Below, one piece after another: positions 52,027-63,284 of a DNA stretch of 64,000 nucleotides. Source of the DNA: Caldimonas sp. (GTDB lineage: Bacteria > Pseudomonadota > Gammaproteobacteria > Burkholderiales > Burkholderiaceae_C); assembly GCA_039932815.1 (NCBI GenBank), contig JBDTPG010000001.1, positions 8,956 to 72,955 on the forward strand, written 5' to 3'. Position numbers and translations under genes: made by a program. Numbering within the stretch: position 1 is the stretch's first letter; each line of letters starts with the position of its first letter. The notes under the pieces are model-generated. The model was not told where the DNA came from, made no database searches, and saw nothing but the letters and a program-made list of their open reading frames with translations.

Positions 52027-52605
52027 GTGAGATATTTCGTGCGTCGGCTGACCCTGCTCGCTCCGTTGGCGTTCCTGGCAGGCTGTGCGCACCCTCTGCT
52101 TCCGGAAGCGAGCGTCGATTCGCGCGCGCCATTCGCGGATTTCGCGGCCGCCCGGGAGTCGTTCGAGCGAATCGTTCCCTACACGAGCACCGCCGCCGAC
52201 TTGAAGGCCGTGGGCTTTGACATCGGAGCGGGCAACGTGCGCCAGATCCCCTACCCCGACGTCGTCGGGAGGCTGGCGCCGAACGGCAGCATTGCCCTCG
52301 CCGACCTGGACGTCGGCATCCGCGACTGCATCCTCGCCCGCCTCGCCTGTCGCGCCTACGAGTTCCGCATCGGCCGCGAGACGAGGACGCGCACCGGCGG
52401 GTTCATCAAGGACTTCCTGAACTTCGAGCGCACGACGTCGGTGGTGAGCTGGCGCTTCGAAGCGCTCGTGGTCGTACGCGACGACGTCGTCCTCTTTCGC
52501 ACTTTCGGCGGCGAGCCGCGCAACGAGCGCGTCGAACACGAAAGCAACCCGCTCGGGCCCCTGCAATCGATCGGCGAGTCGGCCGCCGGCCGCATCGTGC
52601 GCTAG
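52027..52605 (+). CDS. hypothetical lipoprotein
   Basis: VRYFVRRLTLLAPLAFLAGC lipobox; 3' part of the 777-aa track ORF; start GTG 52027 or 52039. Confidence 0.75.
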   Translation: MRYFVRRLTLLAPLAFLAGCAHPLLPEASVDSRAPFADFAAARESFERIVPYTSTAADLKAVGFDIGAGNVRQIPYPDVVGRLAPNGSIALADLDVGIRDCILARLACRAYEFRIGRETRTRTGGFIKDFLNFERTTSVVSWRFEALVVVRDDVVLFRTFGGEPRNERVEHESNPLGPLQSIGESAAGRIVR

Positions 52606-52625
52606 CGTTCGACGCTCATCGCCCG

Positions 52626-53331
52626 TCACGGGGGCGCCGTCGCGGCCGCCTCGACCATGCGGCCGTCGACCACCCGCAGGATGCTGTCGCAACGTGCCGC
52701 GAGCGCCTCGTTGTGGGTCACGAACAGGATCGCGGTGCCGTGCTCCCGGTTCACCGAACGGAGCAACTCGAACACCGCGGCGGCCGACAACGAATCGAGA
52801 TTGCCGGTCGGCTCGTCGGCCAGCAGCAAAGCGGGATTCATCGCCAGGGCGCGGGCGACTGCGACGCGCTGTTGCTGCCCGCCGCTGAGATGACCGGAGG
52901 GAACGTCGCGCCACTTCGCCAGGCCGACGCTCGCGAGCAGGTCGGCGGCGCGTCGCTCCATCGCCGCATTCGGAAATTCCGCCGCGCCCAGCAGCGGCAT
53001 CATGACGTTCTCGACCGCGCTGAAGGCCGACAGAAGGTGGTGGTACTGGAACACGAAGCCGATGCTGTGCCCGCGCAGCTGCGTCAGCGCGCGATCGTCG
53101 AGCGTCGTGGTCTCGGTGCCTTCGATGCCCAGAGTGCCGTGCGTCGGCCGGTCGAGCAGGCCGACGATGTTCAGCAGCGTGCTCTTGCCCGACCCCGAGG
53201 GCCCCATCACCGCCTGGAACTGGCCCCGGTTCAGGTCCAGATCGATGCCGTGCAGCACCTCGGTCTCGTTCGGCAGGCCGACGTTGAACGACTTGGTGAT
53301 GCCGCGCAGGCGCACGACCGGTGCGAGCGGC

Positions 53332-53339
<8 letters not shown>
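52626..53339 (-). CDS. ABC transporter ATP-binding protein (LolD/MacB-type)
   Basis: [38 protein letters not shown]. Confidence 0.93.
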
Positions 53340-54566
<1,227 letters not shown>

Positions 54567-54570
<4 letters not shown>

Positions 54571-55823
54571 GGCAGCGGCGCGCGGGCAACGGCAACGTCG
54601 GACATCGGCCGCACGCGCGCGCCGTCGGCGACGTCGGCGGCCACCGAAGCAACCACGAGGTCCCCGGGCCGCAGGCCGTCGAGCACTTCGCTCATGCCGC
54701 CGCCGCGCAAGCCGATGCGCACGTTGCGACGACGGGCATGGCCGGCTTCGACCCGCAGCACCCACGGCGCCGCGGAGTCGATCTCGTGCACCGCGTCGGT
54801 GGGAAGGAGGACGGCGCGGCTGCGCTCGGCCACCTGGATGTCGACCGACACCGTCATGTCCTGGCGCAGGTAATCGGGCGGCGCCGGCACCTCGAGCTTC
54901 ACTTCGACCGAGCCGCGCTGCGCATCGATGCCGGGGTTGATGTACGCGAGCCGGGCCGCGAAGCGCCGGTCGGGGTAGGCATCGGCAGAAACCTGTGCGG
55001 CCTGGCCGGGTGCCAGCAGGCGCAGGTTCTTCTCGTCGATCTGGACAACCAGCTGGGTCTCGCCCGCGGGCGAGAGGACCATCAGCACCTTGCCGGGCTG
55101 GACGACGTCGCCGCGCTCGACGTTGCGGTCGATGAGGGTTCCCGCCGCCGGCGCGACGATCGTTGCATAGCCCAGGCGCGAGCGCGCCGCCGTCGCGCTG
55201 GCTTCGCCCTGGGCCAGGGCGCTCGCGGCCATGGCGTAGTCGCTGCCGCGCGGTCCCGTCGTCTCGAGTTGCGTCTTGGCCGAGCGCAGCTGGGCCTCGC
55301 CGAGGTCGACGGCCTTTCTGGCATCGTCGTAGGCGGCCTGGCCGATGAAGCCCTGGCGCAGCAACTCCTCGGCGCGCCGCGCGGCGGCACGCGCGTTGTC
55401 GAGACTCACCTGGGCCTGGCGCAGCGCCTGCTCGGCGACCGGCGCCTGCAGCTCGCGCAACTGGCGCAGGCGCGCCTCGGCTTGCCGGACCGCGAGCTCA
55501 GCCTGCGTCGCCGTGGCCCGCAACTCGGCGTTCTCGAGCTCGACGAGCACCTGGCCGCGGGCCACCACCTGCCCTTCGGCGACCGGAATGCGCGCGACCG
55601 TGCCGGTGACCTGGGCGCCGACACTGACCCGATGCGGCGTCTCGACGTGGCCGCTGGCCACCACCGATTGCACGAAGTCGCGCTGGACGACGGCAGTCAC
55701 GGGCACCTCGGGACCGAACACCAGGCGCGGCCCGAGGGCAAGCGCGAGCGCGACCACGGCGCCGATGAGGAACACCGGCGTGCGGTACGGCCGCACGGCG
55801 GCGCGCAGCGTTGCGAACGTCAT
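54567..55823 (-). CDS. periplasmic adaptor/membrane fusion protein (MacA-like)
   Basis: N-terminal TM, VGAQVTGTVARIPVAEGQVV, coiled coil, IVAPAAGTL, YLRQDMTV. Confidence 0.9.
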
Positions 55824-55865
55824 CGGCGGCGCCGACGGGAGCTGCAATGGCGGCGCGACATGCGA

Positions 55866-56393
55866 TCAGGCGGCGGTCGTGGTCTTGCCCGCTTCGGCGT
55901 CGGCCGCGGATTGCGCATCGGCGTGCCCGGTCTCGCCCGCCGCGGTTTCGTCGGCGTGCACCAGCAGCACCGGAACCGTCGCCGTCCGCACGATCTGCTC
56001 GGCGTCGCTGCCGAGCATGAGCCGTCGCACGCCTCGCCGTCCGTGGCTGCCGATGACGATGAGGTCCGCCGGCCATTCCTGGGCCTGGCGTACGACGACC
56101 GCTGCCGTGCGCACGGCGATGCCTTCGAGCAGCAGGGTGTCGAACGCCACGCCCGCGGCGGCGACGCGGGCCTTGCCTTCGCCGAGGATCCACTCGCCGC
56201 CTTCGCGCAGCAGCGAGAGCACGTCGGGCGCGTAGGTCGAGCCGATCTCCAGCCCGGTGAGGAAAGTGAACTGGTCCAGGACGTGGAGGAGGCGGATGCT
56301 GCCGCCGCTGAGCCTGGCGAGCTCGACGGCCTCGTCGAGCCCCCGGCTCGCGGTCGGGCTTCCATCGATGGGAACGAGGATGCGCTGGTACAT
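55866..56393 (-). CDS. universal stress protein
   Basis: MYQRILVPIDGS...IGSHGRRG...LGSDAEQIVR. Confidence 0.94.
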   Translation of the reverse strand: MYQRILVPIDGSPTASRGLDEAVELARLSGGSIRLLHVLDQFTFLTGLEIGSTYAPDVLSLLREGGEWILGEGKARVAAAGVAFDTLLLEGIAVRTAAVVVRQAQEWPADLIVIGSHGRRGVRRLMLGSDAEQIVRTATVPVLLVHADETAAGETGHADAQSAADAEAGKTTTAA

Positions 56394-56409
56394 CGGCTTG
56401 ATCTCGAAG

Positions 56410-56443
56410 CAGGGGCTCCGCACAGTCAGGGGCTCCGCACAGT
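56410..56443. repeat. perfect 17-bp tandem duplication
   Basis: CAGGGGCTCCGCACAGT x2 (56410-56426, 56427-56443). Confidence 0.9.
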
Positions 56444-56468
56444 ATTCGCCGACGGGCCTACGTCGGGC

Positions 56469-56482
56469 TTGACTCGCATCAA
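56469..56482 (-). promoter_or_regulatory. FNR/FixK box for the usp-macAB-like operon
   Basis: TTGAC-TCGC-ATCAA. Confidence 0.85.
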
Positions 56483-56492
56483 GCGGCGCAAC

Positions 56493-57308
56493 TCACCGTC
56501 GCCGCTCCATCGGTGCCGGTGCCCAGGGCGGGCGTTCGTTTCGGACCGAATCGACCACGACGAGCCATCGTCCGGCCCCAGGCGTCGCCTCGCGGTCGGC
56601 GCGCAGGACCCATAGGCGCGCACCGTCGGCGAGCTCGGCCTGGTAGGCGGCATCGAGGATCCCGCGCCGGTCGATGAATTCGTTCAGGCTCGCAGGGATG
56701 CGGATGCAGCCTTTCGACTGTGCGGTGCCCAGGCGCTGCTCCAGGACATCGGGATCGGTCGAATGCATCTGCAATCGCATGACGCTCATGCCGCCGCGAG
56801 CCCAGCCCTTCTCCTGCGCCGCCCAGCCGAAGTCGTAGATCCGCGAGCCCTTGCGACCGTAGCCGCGGATGCCGAGGTCATTGCGGGTGCCTTCGGCGCG
56901 GAAGTCGGGGTTCGCCATCGAATGCTCGAATGCGCCGAGCGGGGTGAGGAAATGCTCGAACCGGCCCGGAAGGCCCGTCGAGACCGGCGACGCGCCGATC
57001 AGGACCCAGCCGATTGCCGGTGAGCCGCGAACGATCAGCAGCGCCTGGACCTGCGGAGCACGGTCGACAAGCACGACCAACTCCGGCTCCACCCACGCGA
57101 TGCCGGCCCGCATCAGCGCGCCCTCGAGATCGCGGACGTAGCTCGTCAAGTCGAGATCGGGAACCTGCAGCCGCGAAGCGACTTCGCGGTCGAACTGAGT
57201 GCGAAGGAGCGCGTCTGCGGCCTGGAGCCCCTCGGCGCCGGACGTCGCAGCGCCGAGCATTGACGCGCAAAGACATGCCGATAGCGAAAGCGATCGAAGG
57301 AGTGCCAT
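56493..57308 (-). CDS. L,D-transpeptidase (YkuD) family protein
   Basis: Signal peptide; PVSTG...TPLG; LQMHSTDPD...SKGCIRI catalytic His/Cys motif. Confidence 0.82.
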   Translation of the reverse strand: MALLRSLSLSACLCASMLGAATSGAEGLQAADALLRTQFDREVASRLQVPDLDLTSYVRDLEGALMRAGIAWVEPELVVLVDRAPQVQALLIVRGSPAIGWVLIGASPVSTGLPGRFEHFLTPLGAFEHSMANPDFRAEGTRNDLGIRGYGRKGSRIYDFGWAAQEKGWARGGMSVMRLQMHSTDPDVLEQRLGTAQSKGCIRIPASLNEFIDRRGILDAAYQAELADGARLWVLRADREATPGAGRWLVVVDSVRNERPPWAPAPMERRR

Positions 57309-57342
57309 GAGCGCAGTCTCGCCGCCGGGCCGACGCCGGCAC

Positions 57343-57356
57343 TTGATGGCGATCAT
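57343..57356 (-). promoter_or_regulatory. FNR/FixK box (faces the L,D-transpeptidase)
   Basis: TTGAT-GGCG-ATCAT (one mismatch). Confidence 0.65.
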
Positions 57357-57367
57357 GTCTCCAGGAC

Positions 57368-57381
57368 TTGATGTCCATCAA
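57368..57381 (+). promoter_or_regulatory. FNR box (faces hsp20-BON)
   Basis: TTGAT-GTCC-ATCAA perfect consensus; -10-like TAGACT at 57403. Confidence 0.9.
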
Positions 57382-57482
57382 GGAAGGGACTGCGCAACTT
57401 CCTAGACTTTTCCGCGCGGGATCCGATTCTTCCCGGCCGCGTCCGGTGCGCGATCCGGAACCTCTATCGAGGAGCATGAACC

Positions 57483-57902
57483 ATGAACTCACTGACCCGT
57501 CTCGAACGCATGGAGGACTATCTGCCCGAGTTCTTCCGTCGCCTGCAAAGCCCGTTCGCGTTTCCCGACACCCCGACCGGAGAAATTCGGATTGACGTGT
57601 CCGAAAACGACAAAGGGTACGAGGTGCGCGCGGACATTCCCGGTGCGTCCAAGGACGATATCCGCGTCAACGTCGACGGCAACTTCGTGTCGATCAGCGC
57701 CGAGGTGAAGCGCGAGAAGGAAGAGAAGAAGGCCGACCGTGTCCTGGTCAAGGAAACCTACCGCGGCCGAGCGTCGCGCGGCTTCTCCCTGCCGCACGAG
57801 ATCGACAGCGCCGGCGTCGTGGCCAAGCTCGAGGACGGCGTCCTCCGGCTGACGCTCCCGAAGCGTGAAGGTGCCGGCGCGAAGACGATCCGCGTCCAGT
57901 AG
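57483..57902 (+). CDS. Hsp20/alpha-crystallin small heat shock protein
   Basis: IDVSE...ADIPG...ETYRGRASRGFSLP...AKLEDGVLRLTLPK. Confidence 0.95.
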   Translation: MNSLTRLERMEDYLPEFFRRLQSPFAFPDTPTGEIRIDVSENDKGYEVRADIPGASKDDIRVNVDGNFVSISAEVKREKEEKKADRVLVKETYRGRASRGFSLPHEIDSAGVVAKLEDGVLRLTLPKREGAGAKTIRVQ

Positions 57903-57930
57903 CCGTCGACCCTACGGAATGGAGGTTCAC

Positions 57931-58584
57931 ATGGACAAGTCAGACACGGCACTGAAGGCGTCTGTACTCGCCGAGCTCACGTGGGATCCCGCCGTCAAGG
58001 AGACGGCGGTCGGCGTGGCCGTCAAGGGCGGCGTCGTGACCCTCACCGGGCATCTCGAAACGTACGCCGAGAAGGAAGCAGCGTTGCGCGCGGTCCGCCG
58101 CGTGAGCGGCGTCAGGGCGATCGCGGTCGAGATCGACGTCAAGCTCTCGCCCGATCACGTGCGCGGCGACACCGACATCGCGGCGAGCATCGAGCTCGGG
58201 CTGAGGTGGCACACGTCGATTCCTGTCGACGCGGTGCGCGTCCAGGTCGAGCACGGCTGGGTCACGCTGCAAGGCGAGGTCGAATGGGACTTCCAGCGAC
58301 GCAGCGCCGAGAGTCAGGTGCGCGTGCTGAAGGGAGTCGTCGGCATCAGCAACGAGATCAAGCTGCGGCCGAAGCCGCAGGTCGCGGACCTGTCGCGGCG
58401 CATCGAGGAGGCGCTCCGGCGCCAAGCCTTGCGCGATGCGCAGCGGATCCACATCTCGCTCGACGGCAGCACGGTCAAGCTCACGGGACAGGTGCATTCC
58501 TGGCAGGAGCGGCAGGCAGCACAGGGCGTGGCCTGGTCGGCGCCGGGAGTTCGCGCGGTGATCAACGAGCTCGAAGTGGCCTGA
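57931..58584 (+). CDS. BON-domain protein (OsmY-like, three BON repeats)
   Basis: GVVTLTGHL, GWVTLQGEV, TVKLTGQV repeats; GGAGG RBS before ATG 57931. Confidence 0.92.
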   Translation: MDKSDTALKASVLAELTWDPAVKETAVGVAVKGGVVTLTGHLETYAEKEAALRAVRRVSGVRAIAVEIDVKLSPDHVRGDTDIAASIELGLRWHTSIPVDAVRVQVEHGWVTLQGEVEWDFQRRSAESQVRVLKGVVGISNEIKLRPKPQVADLSRRIEEALRRQALRDAQRIHISLDGSTVKLTGQVHSWQERQAAQGVAWSAPGVRAVINELEVA

Positions 58585-58596
58585 ACGAGACGCGTC

Positions 58597-58719
58597 GTGC
58601 GCGCCCCGGCCGAGCGGAACCCGCTGCTCTGGCTGTCGCTGACGGCCGGGGCGCTCGTGACCGCCATCGCGACCTGGAGCTTCTTCGCGGTGATCTGGTT
58701 CCTCACCCACCCGGATTGA
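58597..58719 (+). CDS. small single-TM peptide (40 aa)
   Basis: Manual translation from GTG 58597: MRAPAERNPLLWLSLTAGALVTAIATWSFFAVIWFLTHPD; 12 bp after the BON stop. Confidence 0.5.
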   Translation: MRAPAERNPLLWLSLTAGALVTAIATWSFFAVIWFLTHPD

Positions 58720-58747
58720 CGAGCGCTCGCCCTGGGCAGCGGAAACG

Positions 58748-60220
58748 TCATGGAGCGATCGCGAAGTACTGCACGCTGCCGCTTCGCATCACCAGGAGCG
58801 CGATGTACGTCCCCGGCCCGATGCGGGCGAGCGCCGCACGATAGAGATCGAGTCGATCCGCCGGCTGGTCGTTGACGGCGAGGATCACGTCGCCGGCGCC
58901 GATGCCGGCACGCAGCGCGGCGCCGTGCGATTCGCGCACCTCGAGCCCGAGGCCGCCCGCGGCCATCGAATCGCCGCGCGCGGGCGATTCGACGACGATG
59001 AGGCCGAGCCGATCGCCGCGAGGCAATGCGTCCGCGTCCAGGCCCGGCCGGGATCCGCTTTCCAGTGCGGCGATCTCTATCGTCATCCGTCGTGCCCTGC
59101 CGGCCCGCCAGACGCTGATCGGCAGCAAGGTTCCGGGCGGGGTTGCCGCCACCGCCTGCTGCAGCTCGGCGAAGGTCGGTGCCCGGTGATCGCCGGTGGC
59201 GTAGACGATGTCGCCGGTATGCAGGCCCGCGCGCTCGGCGGCGCCGCCGGCAGCGACCTCCGCGACGAGCGCACCGGTCGCGTCCGGGCGGCCGAACGCC
59301 CGCGCCAGGCCGGGCGTCACCTCCTGTACGCGCGCCGAGCTGACCGCGGACGATCCGGCCGTCCTTCAGCAGACGGCGCGCGATGTCCATCGCCACGTCG
59401 ATCGGCAGCGCGAACGAAACGCCCATGAATCCGCCATTGGACGTGTAGAGCATCGAGTTCATGCCGACGACCTCGCCCGCGAGGTTGAACAGGCCTCCTC
59501 CCGAGCTGCCCGGATTGGTCGCCACGTCGCTCTGGATGAAGGCGACGCCGAGCCCGCCGGGAAAGGGTCGGCGCGCGCTGACGATGCCGGCCGTGATGCT
59601 GGCGCCCAGGCCGAAGGGAGCGCCGATCGAAGCGACCCAGTCGCCCACGGCGAGGCGGCGCGGATCGCCGATGCGGGCGGCGCTGAGGCCGATGCCTCGA
59701 TCTTCATGAGAGCGACATCGCTGGGCGTGTCGATCCCGATGATGCGGCCCTCGAGCTCGCGGCCGTCGGCAAGAACGATGCTCGCCGCCTCGATGTCGGC
59801 GACCGCGTGCGCGCTGGTCAGGATGTAGCCGTCGCTCGAGATGACGATGCCCGAGGCCTGGCTTCGCGTCGCCGACCGATCGATGGCGGCGCGCGGGATG
59901 CGGCTGCCCACGGGCGCGACCGTGCCATCGAGGAGGAGCGGATCTTCGGGGTCGTCCGCGCCCATGAACGGCATCCAGGCGGCCACCGCCTTGATGGCGA
60001 CGACCACCGCCTCTTCGCGCGAGACGTACGACGTGAAATCCGGCAGCGTCGCCCGGGCCGGAGCGCCCAGGGCGGCGCAGCCGGTCGCCATCGTGACGAT
60101 GACGAACGCCATTCGCCGAACGGCCGCTGCGTCGAGTCGCTGACGTCGGATGGAGTCGCCCGTGTCGCCGACCGGGTCAGCTGCCCGGGCGTTGCGCGGG
60201 TCGACGAGTCTTGCGTGCAT
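58748..60220 (-). pseudogene. second HtrA/DegP-like protease, split by two frameshifts (near 59693 and 59330; possibly sequence errors)
   Basis: Three consecutive frames give LPDF...ILTSAHAV...SDVALMKIEA | GDWVASIGAPFG...NPGSSGGGLFN...GQLG | VQEVTPGLARAFG...two PDZ; start 60220 or 60112. Confidence 0.85.
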
Positions 60221-60279
60221 GGAGGGCGACCAGCGCGCGCGCCGTCCCTGAGAACATAGCAACGCAAGGTCCTCGACGC

Positions 60280-60293
60280 TTGATGTGAGTCAA
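60280..60293 (-). promoter_or_regulatory. FNR/FixK box (faces the second htrA)
   Basis: TTGAT-GTGA-GTCAA; minus-strand -10-like TATGTT at 60258-60253. Confidence 0.8.
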
Positions 60294-60353
60294 GGCGTGA
60301 GTTGCGCTGCTCGCCGACCGCCCGGATCGGTCAACGCCCACGGCGGAGCCGGA

Positions 60354-60367
60354 TTGACAGGGATCAA
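60354..60367 (+). promoter_or_regulatory. FNR/FixK box (faces the host-attachment gene)
   Basis: TTGAC-AGGG-ATCAA; -10-like TAGACT at 60389. Confidence 0.82.
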
Positions 60368-60585
60368 GGCGGTGTGGCTGCTGTTTCCTAGACTGGCCGT
60401 GTCGGCTCGCTTCATCCCGCCGACGCATCCCTTGGCTGGCAGGAGCCGCAATTGATTTCACTCACCCGCCGCAACCGCGGCGACGATGTCTTGCCCGATT
60501 TCTTCCGGTGCCTCTCGCGTCCCTTGCAACTCGCGGAAGACCGGGAAGAGAAGGCGAAGACCGGCCACATGCTGGAGACCCTGCC

Positions 60586-61059
60586 GTGAAGACCGAGTGC
60601 ATCCTCGTTGCCGACGCGGCGTCGGCGCGCTTCTTCCGCCGCGAATCGGACGCCGATCCGCTGATCCCGCTCGAAACGGTCACGCACGACGCAAGCCGGC
60701 AAAAGGCGAGCGCGCTCGGCGACGACCGACTCGGTCACGGGTCGCGCGATCGCAGTCCCGGTGGAGTGAGCTTCGTACCGCATACGGACCCGAAGCGCCG
60801 CGAGCACGAGCACTTCGCGCGGCAAATTGCCCTTCGTCTGGAGCAGGCGTTGGAGCGCGGCGAATGCCGGCGCATCAGTATCTACGCACCGGCGCGCTTT
60901 CTGGGCGAGCTCAGGGCAGCGCTCGGGCCGGCCACGTCGAAGTCACTGCGCGTGACGATCGACATCGACCTGATCCGCTACGGGCTCGACGAGCTGGAGC
61001 GCCGCATCGCGGGCGCCCTCGCCTTGCACGGCACGCGCCCGAAGGCGCCAATCGGCTGA
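60586..61059 (+). CDS. host attachment protein family (AtsE/baeRF12-like)
   Basis: ILVADAASARFF...DRLG...FARQIALRLE...IYAPARFLGELR...IDIDL; GGAG RBS, GTG 60586. Confidence 0.85.
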   Translation: MKTECILVADAASARFFRRESDADPLIPLETVTHDASRQKASALGDDRLGHGSRDRSPGGVSFVPHTDPKRREHEHFARQIALRLEQALERGECRRISIYAPARFLGELRAALGPATSKSLRVTIDIDLIRYGLDELERRIAGALALHGTRPKAPIG

Positions 61060-61132
61060 CCGGGAACACGGCCGGCGCGGACGCGAGTCCTGCGCTCAGT
61101 TCCGCGCGTCCGCTCACGTCGCAGGTGCGGAA

Positions 61133-61840
61133 TCAGGAGCTGGGCAGTGGCTGGGGCGTCGGATCTTCGACGATGCATCCGCGTCCCCGTACGGGTCGGC
61201 CGCGCGCTGCCATCAGCTTCGCTGCCTGGGCGCGAAAGTCTGCCAACCCCTGATTCGCCACATGCAGCCAGGCGCGATCCGTCGCCGCCAGCGCCGAGGC
61301 CGCAGTACGGACGTCGACCGAGATCGGCGAGTTCCCCGAGGACAGATCGAGCTCGGCGCCGATGTCCGCATGCATGGTCACGGTTCGATAGCCCGGGTCG
61401 AACCAGGTCCAGAACCTCTTGATGTGCACGTCGACGAACGTTGCGCCGGGGCCGGCGTCGGCCCCGGTCCTGACGTCGTATCCCGCCTCGCCGAAGGCCT
61501 GCGCGATGTTTTCCCGCACCGTCTGCGCGACCGTCTGGCCGCGCTGCAGCACGACGTCGCCGGAGTCCAGGCCGTCTGCGCCTCGCTTGCGGCCGATCGC
61601 TCTGGCCTTGACCTCGTCCGAGGATTTCGCCGTTCCGGGGAAACCGAGCGACGGCGTGTTCGGCGCCGAGGGCGATCGTCCGAACACCCGTTCGTCGGTC
61701 ACCGATCGGATCACGACGACTCGTGCGTCGGATCGAACGATCGGCGCGTCTCCCGGGCCGCAGCGAAGATCCAGCTCGGATCGGGTGTTCGAGCAGCCGC
61801 AGAGGGCGATCGACAGCAGCAACGCGGCGGCGTGACGCAT
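61133..61840 (-). CDS. lipoprotein (YajG-like)
   Basis: MRHAAALLLSIALCGC lipobox; VVIRSVTDERVF...RAIGRKRG. Confidence 0.7.
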   Translation of the reverse strand: MRHAAALLLSIALCGCSNTRSELDLRCGPGDAPIVRSDARVVVIRSVTDERVFGRSPSAPNTPSLGFPGTAKSSDEVKARAIGRKRGADGLDSGDVVLQRGQTVAQTVRENIAQAFGEAGYDVRTGADAGPGATFVDVHIKRFWTWFDPGYRTVTMHADIGAELDLSSGNSPISVDVRTAASALAATDRAWLHVANQGLADFRAQAAKLMAARGRPVRGRGCIVEDPTPQPLPSS

Positions 61841-61847
61841 GTCCGCG

Positions 61848-62216
61848 TCATGCCCCGTCGCGCCGGCGCTCGAAATCGGTCTGGCAGCCGACGCAGCGTT
61901 CGGCTGCGGGCTGCACGAGCAGGCGCGGCATGCCAATCGGCTCGCCGCAGTCGGCGCAATCGCCGTAGCGGCCGATGTCGAGGCGGTTCAAAGCGGCTTC
62001 GACATGCTGCAGCTCCTCCACATCGCGGCGCTCCTCCGCATCGGACATGTCGGCGGCCTGTTCGCGCACGGAGGCCTCCTTGAAGTCGCCGGCGTCGGGC
62101 TCGTCGATCGTCCGGCGCGCCAGGTCGGCAGCGTGCACCTCAGCGCGCAATTCGCCGCGCCGGAATTCCAGCGCGTCGCGCAGCGTCTTCAAATGCGATT
62201 GAGTGGACAGGTCCAT
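61848..62216 (-). CDS. DksA/TraR family C4 zinc-finger protein
   Basis: Coiled coil, then ALNRLDIGRYGDCADCGEPI...RL...P...CVGCQ; GGAGA RBS. Confidence 0.92.
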   Translation of the reverse strand: MDLSTQSHLKTLRDALEFRRGELRAEVHAADLARRTIDEPDAGDFKEASVREQAADMSDAEERRDVEELQHVEAALNRLDIGRYGDCADCGEPIGMPRLLVQPAAERCVGCQTDFERRRDGA

Positions 62217-62265
62217 GGCGATCTCCGGTCTCCTTCCCATTGCAGCATCGCGCCGCAGGCGCGTC

Positions 62266-62279
62266 TTGCGTTGCGTCAA
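62266..62279 (-). promoter_or_regulatory. FNR/FixK box (faces the dksA-like gene)
   Basis: TTGCG-TTGC-GTCAA. Confidence 0.7.
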
Positions 62280-62329
62280 GCTGGCTACACCCGGTTCCGG
62301 TAACGGCTTGCCGAGCGCGGCGCGCCTGC

Positions 62330-62343
62330 TTGATTTCCGTCAA
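62330..62343 (+). promoter_or_regulatory. FNR/FixK box (faces the 2OG oxygenase)
   Basis: TTGAT-TTCC-GTCAA. Confidence 0.82.
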
Positions 62344-62377
62344 CGCGCCGGCGCCGGTTCCCGCATGCAATCGGGGC

Positions 62378-63156
62378 ATGAACACGACGTTGCGACCAGG
62401 GCTTGGCGCGATCGATTTTCGATGTCGTTCGAGAACAGATGCGAACGGCGCCGGGATTTCCGCATTTACTGCATCGACGCCTTTCTCGAGCCCGCATTCG
62501 CCCGTGCCGTGCACGACGCCTTTCCTTCCTATGCGCAGGCAGAACGGCTCGGCCACTCGTTCGCCGGCGTCAACGAGAAGCGCAAGACGCAGATCACCGA
62601 TGCCGCGCTGTTCGCACCGCCAATCCGTCGCCTTCACCAGCTGCTCGCGTCGGATGCGTTCGTCGAGCGGATGTCGTACATCTCGGGCATCCCGAACCTG
62701 GTCGCCGATCCGCTGCTCGTCGGCGGCGGGATCCACGAAGCCAACCACGGCGGCCATCTCGACGTCCACGTCGACTTCAACGTCAACGAGAGCACGGGGC
62801 TGTTCCGGCGCCTCAACATCCTGGTCTACTTCAACATCGGCTGGCTGGACGCCGACGGCGGCGTCCTCGATCTCTGGGACGCCGACGTCCGCCACTGCCT
62901 CGGGCGGTTCCCGCCCCTGTTCAACCGCGCCGCCGGCTTCGCGACTAGCGCGACCAGCTGGCATGGCGTGACCCCGGTCACCTGCACTCCGGACCGGATG
63001 CGACGCCCGGGGTGGGACGGCGTCAAGCGGTCGACGATCTTTCGGGCGCGTCCGGACGAGCACTGGAAAGGCAAGGTGGCGATGCCTCTGGAGGACGCCG
63101 TGAACACGGCGCCACGGCTGGGGCGCGGTCAAGCGGCGCCTGCGCGGCAAGGGTGA
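62378..63156 (+). CDS. 2OG-Fe(II) oxygenase (prolyl-hydroxylase-like); two apparent +1 T indels near 62420 and 62466
   Basis: GGGIH...HLDVHVDFN (HxD), RRLNILVYFN, GGVLDLWD, PLFNR, SWHGV; N-terminus reconstructs as MNTTLRPGLGAIDF|DVVREQMRTAPGFPH|YCIDAFL across T runs. Confidence 0.8.
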
Positions 63157-63284
63157 CGCACGCTAGCTTCGACATGAACACCGTCGTCGCCGGCCCGGCT
63201 CAGGATGCACTTCGCTCTGGACGTCTTCACGGAACGGCGGTACCGGCCTCCTGAGTTCCGACTTCGCGTAGGCGGGAGTCGCTG

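Noticed and set aside
61077-61113. Intrinsic terminator between convergent genes (GCGGACGCG...CGCGTCCGC)
   Set aside because: 19-nt loop and no U tract; could be chance in GC-rich DNA
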